The notes under the pieces: generated by a model
The model's database searches: none
Seen by the model: only the letters and a program-made list of their open reading frames with translations
Told to the model about the DNA's origin: nothing
Virus record (IMG/VR): IMGVR_UViG_3300037044_000254
Length of the DNA stretch: 64,000 nt
Reading direction: 5' to 3' (one strand)
Source of the DNA: an uncultured virus (IMG/VR IMGVR_UViG_3300037044_000254)
Taxonomy: Duplodnaviria; Heunggongvirae; Uroviricota; Caudoviricetes
Translations under genes and position numbers: made by a program
In this document: in pieces, positions 57,638-64,000 of the stretch
Layout of the letters: the number at the start of each line of letters is the position of its first letter
Numbering within the stretch: position 1 is the stretch's first letter

Positions 57638-58777
57638 TCACATCGACATGGGCATGACGATGCTGAAGTAATGGGGGTCCGCGGGGGACGAGAGTTTGGC
57701 CGGCCGCTCCGGGTCGTTGATCTCCAGGACCACCTGGTCGCCTTCCATCATCAGCAATGGCTCCAGGAAGTACCGGGCATTGAAGCCCATCTCCAGGGGA
57801 AGCGGTTTCTCCAGGTCATTTTTCCCAACCGTGAAATGTTCGAGGATTTCCTGACCGTCGCCCACATCCGGGCTTTGATGTGAAACTTCCGCAGCCTCTC
57901 CGGAGAGCTTAAAGATCACACCCTTGAACCGCTCAGAGGTAATCAGGGAAAGCCGTTTGACGGTGCTGAAAAGCTCCTCTCGGTTGAACGTAAACTGGGA
58001 AAGGAGGGCCTCCGGGATGATCCGGCGATATTCCGGGAACTTCGCCTCAAGAAGCCGGATAGAGAGAAGTTTGTCGCCTGCCAGCACCGTCAGCATTTTT
58101 TCGTGAAGGTTCAGGGAAACCTTCTCCTCCTCGCCCAGAAAGCGGATGATCTCCCCGGCGGCCTTCCGGGGAATGAGGATTCCCTTATCCAGGCCGAAGA
58201 GCAAGCCGACAAACGGGTTCTCTCGCTGGATAAAAGTGAGCCTGTGGCCGTCGGTGGTGACCATGCGGAGGTAAGGGCGCCCCTCCTCCTCAACCCCCTC
58301 GCAGAAAACCCCGGTGAGATGGTATTGGAGATCGTCGCCGGTCGATGAGAAGATGACCTTGCGAATCATCTCCTTGAGCACCCTGCTCTCCATCTCGACA
58401 TAGCCGCCTTCCGGCCTCTCCGGAAGCGGAGGAAATTGGTCCGGGTTAATTCCGGAGAGCTGGTATCTGGACTCGCCTCGCTTGATCTTGAGGGTATGCT
58501 TTTTGGTGTCCTTAAGTTCCAGGTCGCCGGCGGGCAGTTCCTTGACCAAGCTGCTGAGCTGGTGTGCCGGGACGGTGACGGCCCCCGCCTCGATGATCTG
58601 CGCCGAGCAGTAGCCCTTATAGCTGATCTCCAGGTCCGTAGCCCCGATTTCCAGGCCATTGCCATTGGTCTTAATAAGCACGTTGCTCAGAATCGGCATG
58701 GTACCCCGTTTGTCTACCACTCCCAGCACCGCGGAGATTGCCTTTAACAAAGTTTCCTGATCTGCCCTGATTTCCAT
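57638..58777 (-). CDS. dnaN: DNA polymerase III beta sliding clamp (phage-borne)
   Basis: TMPILSNVL, ATDLEI, TDGHRL, FPEYRRIIP, GFNARY, VMPM. Confidence 0.95.
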   Translation of the reverse strand: MEIRADQETLLKAISAVLGVVDKRGTMPILSNVLIKTNGNGLEIGATDLEISYKGYCSAQIIEAGAVTVPAHQLSSLVKELPAGDLELKDTKKHTLKIKRGESRYQLSGINPDQFPPLPERPEGGYVEMESRVLKEMIRKVIFSSTGDDLQYHLTGVFCEGVEEEGRPYLRMVTTDGHRLTFIQRENPFVGLLFGLDKGILIPRKAAGEIIRFLGEEEKVSLNLHEKMLTVLAGDKLLSIRLLEAKFPEYRRIIPEALLSQFTFNREELFSTVKRLSLITSERFKGVIFKLSGEAAEVSHQSPDVGDGQEILEHFTVGKNDLEKPLPLEMGFNARYFLEPLLMMEGDQVVLEINDPERPAKLSSPADPHYFSIVMPMSM

Positions 58778-58780
58778 GGT

Positions 58781-58957
58781 CTATGCCTCCTCAAAATTTT
58801 TAGGGGTTTCATAATAAGGGGTGAATGGGACCTCATTCAGGCGTAGTATGAGGTTACCGCACCTGGAACAGATGGCCATGGCATCGTCCGGGCCGGCGAT
58901 CACCGGCTCCTGGAGGCCGCAATTTTTATCCGTGCATTGGAATTGGTAAACCGGCAT
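58781..58957 (-). CDS. FmdB-like zinc-ribbon protein
   Basis: MPVYQFQC..CG...CSRCG. Confidence 0.7.
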   Translation of the reverse strand: MPVYQFQCTDKNCGLQEPVIAGPDDAMAICSRCGNLILRLNEVPFTPYYETPKNFEEA

Positions 58958-60122
58958 CCGCACCCCCTTCCTGGGTTTCTTGTGATTCTTGTATGAGGTT
59001 GGCCACCTCCTGCCGGCTGACATTATCCAGCAGAGCCTTCTTGATAAGGTGGAGGTGATTGATAATCAGGTCGATTTTCTGGAGGTTGACGGCGGAATTG
59101 CCGTTCAACACCCGGGCCAACACCTGGCAATCATCCGGGGAGAAGGATCTGACCACCAGGCCGGTGACCGCATCCAGGGCCTTCTCCCAGCGGGATACCG
59201 TCTCCAGGTCTTCCTTCTTGGGGACCGCGAAGAGGAAGCGCTCTTTCTTGGCGTCCACCAGGGCGTTAACAAACCGTCGAAGGTGGTTATAAGTCGGGAG
59301 TTGCCCGGCCTTGATTTTCTGGAAAACCAGCCCCTGCTCCCCGTGATCCTGGAGGCGGCTGATCTCGAAGGCCTGGGAAGGAGAGATGGCCCCGAAAATC
59401 AGGGCATCCTGGAACTTGGGAGACAGGTTCAGTAACGACAGGCGCTCGTCCACCCGCCACACCTGTTTGAAGCCCAGCTTCTGAGCCAGCTCCTCTTTGG
59501 TGTAACCCTTGTCCAACATTTCCTGGAAGGCCTTGGCCTCTTCCAGTGGGGTGAGGTCCTGCCGCTGTATATTCTCCACCAGGGCCATTTCCGCAATCTG
59601 GTTATCGTCGGCCTCGATCACGCGCACCGGGGCCATGGAAAGGCCGGCCAGTTGACAAGCCCGCCAACGACGCTCACCGGCCACCAGCATAAACTCCTTG
59701 GGGATGGGGGGACCCGGGCTGTCCGCTATGAAGGTGCAGAGTCGCCGCACCACCACCAGAGGCTCGATGAGTCCCTGCTCCTTGATGGACTGCGCTAGCT
59801 CCTCCAGCTTGGCCTGATCAAAAATCTTGCGCGGCTGGAGGGGATTAGGGTATATAAGAGACAGAGCAATTTCGTTACCGGGCTTTGGCGAGTCCGGGGA
59901 AGTGGTTTCGGGGGCCTTGGCAGAAGGCCCCCTTTCTTTTTTCGGCCGGCCGCTCCAGCCGGGGTGAGGGGCTTTGGGCTTCGGGTTCTCGCATAATCCA
60001 TCTGCCCTGGTGCATTTCCCGGTCCCGCCCGGGATGAGTTTGCCCTTGATTGGGCTGCCCTTGCGCTTCCAGAAATCACAGGTTGCGCAGTCGCCGGTTG
60101 CCACAGGTTTTCTTTTCGCCAT
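58926..60122 (-). CDS. ParB/Spo0J-family protein
   Basis: PNPLQPRK, ELAQSIKEQGLIEP, AGERRWRA, LVENIQRQDLTPLEEA; Cys-rich N-terminal extension. Confidence 0.9.
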   Translation of the reverse strand: MAKRKPVATGDCATCDFWKRKGSPIKGKLIPGGTGKCTRADGLCENPKPKAPHPGWSGRPKKERGPSAKAPETTSPDSPKPGNEIALSLIYPNPLQPRKIFDQAKLEELAQSIKEQGLIEPLVVVRRLCTFIADSPGPPIPKEFMLVAGERRWRACQLAGLSMAPVRVIEADDNQIAEMALVENIQRQDLTPLEEAKAFQEMLDKGYTKEELAQKLGFKQVWRVDERLSLLNLSPKFQDALIFGAISPSQAFEISRLQDHGEQGLVFQKIKAGQLPTYNHLRRFVNALVDAKKERFLFAVPKKEDLETVSRWEKALDAVTGLVVRSFSPDDCQVLARVLNGNSAVNLQKIDLIINHLHLIKKALLDNVSRQEVANLIQESQETQEGGADAGLPIPMHG

Positions 60123-60162
60123 AACCATGCCTCCTTAAAAAAGGTGATTTTACTTAAGAGCT

Positions 60163-60438
60163 TCAGCTCAGGTCGATGGCCCGGCGGTAGGTGAACAGGT
60201 CTTTGTCGAAGTTCTCCACCTTGGGGGCCGGGATGTTCTGAAAAGCCGTGAGCATCCCCTTGAGAAACCAGTTAATCGCCCCGCCGTGGATGCTCTTGGC
60301 AAGGACGGTATCGTTGCCCAGGATCTCGATGGTCGTTCCGGAGCCGGAGCTGCTCGGCCGAGAATTTAGCTCGATGACCGGCTGCCCCACCTTTTTCCGA
60401 TAGCCGTTGATCCGCTGGATCATTTCAGCCAAGCTCAT
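60163..60438 (-). CDS. Hypothetical protein
   Basis: Start ATG 60438 after GGAGGA. Confidence 0.55.
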   Translation of the reverse strand: MSLAEMIQRINGYRKKVGQPVIELNSRPSSSGSGTTIEILGNDTVLAKSIHGGAINWFLKGMLTAFQNIPAPKVENFDKDLFTYRRAIDLS

Positions 60439-60748
60439 GGCCTTCCTCCTCAGGAATGCACAGATTTTTGGATCCCCCATAAAAGGCATCCCATATTGAT
60501 GTCTGTGCCAGGATAGTGTAATCCTCGTCGTCCACCTCCAGACAATCCGGGACCGAATCCTCCTCTATGTCGAGATAGGCCACCGCCTCCAGGAGGTCCT
60601 CTCTGGTTCGGCTCTCCCAATAATCCTTGACCCATTGGATTTGATCCTGAACAGACCATTCAAAAAACCCCTCAGGCAGTTGCTCTGGGCTGAGTTTAAG
60701 CATCCCCTGAGCCAAAAACCTGATGTTTAAGCCGGGCTGGGTGCTCAT
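60425..60748 (-). CDS. Acidic hypothetical protein
   Basis: 107 aa, ATGA-coupled, D/E-rich. Confidence 0.6.
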   Translation of the reverse strand: MSTQPGLNIRFLAQGMLKLSPEQLPEGFFEWSVQDQIQWVKDYWESRTREDLLEAVAYLDIEEDSVPDCLEVDDEDYTILAQTSIWDAFYGGSKNLCIPEEEGHELG

Positions 60749-61167
60749 GGCATCACCGCCTCGTTTTTGCCCGCCAAGGGTAAAAACTCCGGATAATCCT
60801 TGGCCAGTTTTTCTTGCAGGGCTTTCAGTCCACCAGTTTTGAGCAAGCCCTTTACCTCCCCCACGTCGATCACATCGCAGACGTATTGAGGTGTCGGGGT
60901 AATGCCCGGCCTGAAATGCATGGTAAAGGCTGGGTTTCCATAATCAGGGACGGTTTCTCGGTCAAAGGGAATCCCTGCGTCTACCAAGGCTTCTTCGATT
61001 TCTTCGAACTCACCCCATCGGGCCTCATAGGATACCAGGGTAAAGATTTCGTCCACCACGCTGTCCTCGGTTTCGTGTTCCTGAATGTACTCGTCGATCA
61101 TCGCCTTAATTTCTGGCGTGATCAGGTGCTTGGGAACATATAAGGTTGCTCCGTAGTAATCAGCCAT
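60745..61167 (-). CDS. Acidic hypothetical protein
   Basis: 140 aa, GGAGG RBS. Confidence 0.6.
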   Translation of the reverse strand: MADYYGATLYVPKHLITPEIKAMIDEYIQEHETEDSVVDEIFTLVSYEARWGEFEEIEEALVDAGIPFDRETVPDYGNPAFTMHFRPGITPTPQYVCDVIDVGEVKGLLKTGGLKALQEKLAKDYPEFLPLAGKNEAVMP

Positions 61168-61369
61168 TTAGGGCCTCCTCCTCTATGGGATCAGCCAGAT
61201 CCTGAATCCCCTCAAGTAGATTTAAGATGCCGTCTCTTTCCGGGCTGCTGATACCCAACCCTGCCAGCCAGGTTATTTGCTTGGAAAGCAGATCCAAGTC
61301 AACGCTGATAACTCCATATTCAGAGCGGTCACAATTCATCAGGCTTGCTATTCTTTTTGGCTGTACCAT
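61160..61369 (-). CDS. Hypothetical protein
   Basis: 69 aa, GGAGG RBS. Confidence 0.55.
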   Translation of the reverse strand: MVQPKRIASLMNCDRSEYGVISVDLDLLSKQITWLAGLGISSPERDGILNLLEGIQDLADPIEEEALNG

Positions 61370-61381
61370 AAACCGCCTCCC

Positions 61382-61882
61382 TTACCCTTCCCCGAAAGGA
61401 TTTAACGATTCTTCTTCCACCTCTGCATCGAAGTGCATCTGGGCCATGTGAATGATGTAATCCGGTTCGATGTCGTTCTCCCGGGCCAGGTGCAGCAGGT
61501 CCGCCACCAGGTCATAAATGCCGGTGGTCAAATCGATGCCCCCTGATTCAATGTCCTCTTTGAAAACGGCCATGACCGCCTTTTCACCTGTCGCAGCCCT
61601 TTCGTTATTGGTCAAAATCAAGTTACCTGCTGCCCGGTGGACAACATCGCCCGCGGCCCAGTTCAACAGTTCAGCCCCCACCTTCCGGGCGGTTTCTTTG
61701 TCGATAATGGCGCTGCCCCGATATGCCCCAGCCGGTCCGCGGATGTCGAGAGAAAGACAGCACGGCATTTGAAAATCGGGATAGAGTTCGATAATCCCAT
61801 GAGATGTTTTGCCGTTTTTCCGATTGGAGTTAGCCCCAAAGCCATCTTTGCTGGTATCGAAGGGAATTTGCAGCATGGTCAT
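61382..61882 (-). CDS. Hypothetical protein
   Basis: 166 aa; C-terminal DLVADLLHLA motif common in MGE leading-region proteins. Confidence 0.6.
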   Translation of the reverse strand: MTMLQIPFDTSKDGFGANSNRKNGKTSHGIIELYPDFQMPCCLSLDIRGPAGAYRGSAIIDKETARKVGAELLNWAAGDVVHRAAGNLILTNNERAATGEKAVMAVFKEDIESGGIDLTTGIYDLVADLLHLARENDIEPDYIIHMAQMHFDAEVEEESLNPFGEG

Positions 61883-61946
61883 GCCTCCTTTACAAAATGC
61901 GGTTCAAATTATTCCTTAAAGGCCGGAGGCGTCCGGCCCCTCAGGG

Positions 61947-62873
61947 TTAGCTCAAGTCGATCATCCGCTTGTAATTCCCGGAGATGGCATTCACGTCCTC
62001 GGTCTTGGAAGCCACCGCGGCCACCTGGTCGGCTAATCCCGCCAACTCAGCTTTGAGGGCGTCGTTGTCCTTGAGGGTCTTGATGTCCACCCCGTCCAGG
62101 CCGGCCTTCAGCTTCGCCAGTTCCTCCTCCAGAGGCTTGTAGCCGAAGATGTTCATGTCCCGGGACCAATCGTGGAGCTTGCGGACCTTCTCCAGCGAGT
62201 CGTTGCGGATGACCTTCCCCTCCCGCATTTTGAGCGACAAGTCGGCCACCACTTCCCGGATGGTCTTCATGTAGTCCAGGAAGGCCAGCTCGACGGCCTC
62301 TTTGCACTTGGCCTCCAGCTCGGCCTTGGCCCGCTGGTAGGCCTCGATGACTTCCGGGGCGCTGGTCTTGGAGGGGGGCTCGGCCGCCTTGATCTCAGTG
62401 ATGGTCCAGAAGAAATCGAATTTCCGCCGCAGGACTTCCCGGGGGGGATAGTGGGGCCTCATCAATTCCCAGGAACCGGGATGCTTCGATTCGCAGAAGG
62501 CTTTCCACTCATCCCGGATGGCGTCGTACTTCTCGCAGAACTCGTCGGCCAGGGCCAGGTATTCTCTCTGCACCTGGGCCAGCCTTTCCAGGGTCTGGGC
62601 CAGCCTGCCTTTGGGAGAGCACCGCACCCATTCCAGCACGAAATCGTAGGTGTTTTCGTTTAAGACGCGCCGCCCCTCACTGATCTTGCGGTTGAAAGCC
62701 TGGCGCCATTCGGCCGGGTAGAGTTTTTTGTTCCCCAGGTGGAAGAACTCCGGGACCTGCTCCATCCCCAGGTCCTCTTTGGTGAGGTTCACGATTCCGG
62801 GCCAGCTTTTGGTGCAGAGCTGGATCGCCACCAGTCCGTCAAAGCCGTTGTCATTCGATTTCTTTGTGCTCAT
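61947..62873 (-). CDS. DUF3150-like protein
   Basis: SWPG..LTKEDLG, LGNKKL, helical; start revised to the ATG after GGAGG. Confidence 0.7.
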   Translation of the reverse strand: MSTKKSNDNGFDGLVAIQLCTKSWPGIVNLTKEDLGMEQVPEFFHLGNKKLYPAEWRQAFNRKISEGRRVLNENTYDFVLEWVRCSPKGRLAQTLERLAQVQREYLALADEFCEKYDAIRDEWKAFCESKHPGSWELMRPHYPPREVLRRKFDFFWTITEIKAAEPPSKTSAPEVIEAYQRAKAELEAKCKEAVELAFLDYMKTIREVVADLSLKMREGKVIRNDSLEKVRKLHDWSRDMNIFGYKPLEEELAKLKAGLDGVDIKTLKDNDALKAELAGLADQVAAVASKTEDVNAISGNYKRMIDLS

Positions 62874-63058
62874 GGTCATGCCTCCAGAAAAAGATAAAGG
62901 CCGGACAATGCCGGCCTTTTGTTGCGGGAACCCGTTCATCCCTTATGTTTCTGTTGTTGACCTCAATTTAGCTTGGTTCAGTTATTATTCAGAAAAAAAA
63001 GACCTAGCAGCTCAAATTCTGCCAGGTCTCCGGATTTGCTTAATCGCGATTAATTTTA

Positions 63059-63388
63059 TTAATTCCCGTCTGCTGCTCCAATAGAGGCTTTCTTTTTATG
63101 TAGGTCTTGAATAAGACCTTGAAGCCTCTCTAAAATTACTTGGATGTCGTATCGTTCCATAAGAACCGCTAAGTCGCTACTAAGATCTTCATTCATTAAT
63201 GTCCCCGATGGGACCGTTAAGATTTTAGCGATACGTGAGAGAATTTTCAATGAAGGGACTCTCTCTCCTCTTTCAATCATGGAAATGTGTGAAGTGGAAA
63301 CTTTGCAGGCTTTTGCCATTTTTTCTTGGGAAAGCCCTTTTTCAAGTCTTAATTGCTTAATTTTCTTACACGAAATGACGTCAGGCAT
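63059..63388 (-). CDS. XRE-family HTH regulator
   Basis: IKQLRLEKGLSQEKMA...HISMIERGERVPSL. Confidence 0.85.
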   Translation of the reverse strand: MPDVISCKKIKQLRLEKGLSQEKMAKACKVSTSHISMIERGERVPSLKILSRIAKILTVPSGTLMNEDLSSDLAVLMERYDIQVILERLQGLIQDLHKKKASIGAADGN

Positions 63389-63525
63389 ATCGCACGCTCA
63401 AGTTGGAAAACGGTTGTTTCCACTACGGGGAACTTTAGAGATTTCTATGACCCCCAAAGCGGCTGACAAATTGGATAATCGATATTTGTTTCATAGCGAC
63501 TCCTCCTTTGTCAGCGATTTTATAT

Positions 63526-63816
63526 TTAGGCTGATATATTAAACAGCCACTGTATAATCTCATAAACCTTTTCAGCCACGCTTACCATTTGTGTTAAAGA
63601 AGCAACCCTATCATTCTTTTTGTTGGCCGCCTTATCGGCCATTTCAGAAATGTCTTGTTCCGAGTCGTTCATAAATTGCTCGGAAATTTCGAGTTGCCGT
63701 CTCATAAGTCTGATTTCGATGCATTCCGCCCGAAATGACTTATGTTTTGCCAGTCGCGCTTCAAGGTCCGTGAGAAATTCTCTGAGTTCCCTGAGTGAGC
63801 GGGATATATTCTTCAT
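63526..63816 (-). CDS. Hypothetical helical protein
   Basis: 96 aa with AAGGAGGAGG RBS. Confidence 0.55.
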   Translation of the reverse strand: MKNISRSLRELREFLTDLEARLAKHKSFRAECIEIRLMRRQLEISEQFMNDSEQDISEMADKAANKKNDRVASLTQMVSVAEKVYEIIQWLFNISA

Positions 63817-63974
63817 TTTACCTCCTCCTTTCAGATCATGTATTTGAAAGTCGGTAGGGAAGACATCCGCCCACTCGCAGCGATATCCTGCAAACTTTTA
63901 TTTTTTGCTTACCGCCTCATTAGCCACCCCCTGTTCGGTTTTCTTATTTTTCGCCCGCCTCCCTCCGAGCTATA

Positions 63975-63993
63975 ATTTCACTTTAAGTGAAAT
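63975..63993. promoter_or_regulatory. Palindromic operator candidate
   Basis: ATTTCACTT-T-AAGTGAAAT, overlapping TATAAT (63971-63976). Confidence 0.45.
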
Positions 63994-64000
63994 ATTGTGT

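Noticed and set aside
57638..60122. Chromosomal origin region (dnaN, parB)
   Set aside because: No dnaA, recF, gyrB or parA; surrounded by phage early genes
54283..60143. Recurring TTTTTTAAGG(A/G)G motif on the minus strand
   Set aside because: Adequately explained as a Shine-Dalgarno sequence with an upstream U-rich tract

Overview
The window has three blocks. (1) 1-25426 (minus strand, GC-rich): a complete late/structural module of a temperate siphovirus-like prophage. It runs portal-MuF fusion, prohead protease, HK97-fold capsid, head-tail genes, tail tube, tail chaperones with a -1 frameshift, tape measure, tail-tip and fibre genes, and a lysis cassette with a g-type lysozyme, an amidase and holin-like proteins. 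(2) About 25650-52470: a defence island. It holds an XRE regulator with a type I R-M operon that has a DUF262/HNH/AlbA_2 gene embedded in it. Next comes a five-gene operon ending in a giant DUF1998 SF2 helicase with a C-terminal MIT_C/PLD-like domain, which also encodes a lidless Hsp70-like ATPase; this is the best candidate for an undescribed system. It ends with an AT-rich two-gene nuclease cassette, a RosmerTA-like pair and small mobile-element scars. (3) 52477-64000 (minus strand): phage early genes, namely an SMC-like ATPase, a Cas4-like nuclease, a Gp3-like recombination protein, a beta clamp, ParB, DUF3150 and an XRE protein. No terminase, replication initiator, intact integrase, tRNA, rRNA or CRISPR array was seen. 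All family assignments come from motif recognition by eye, not from database searches.
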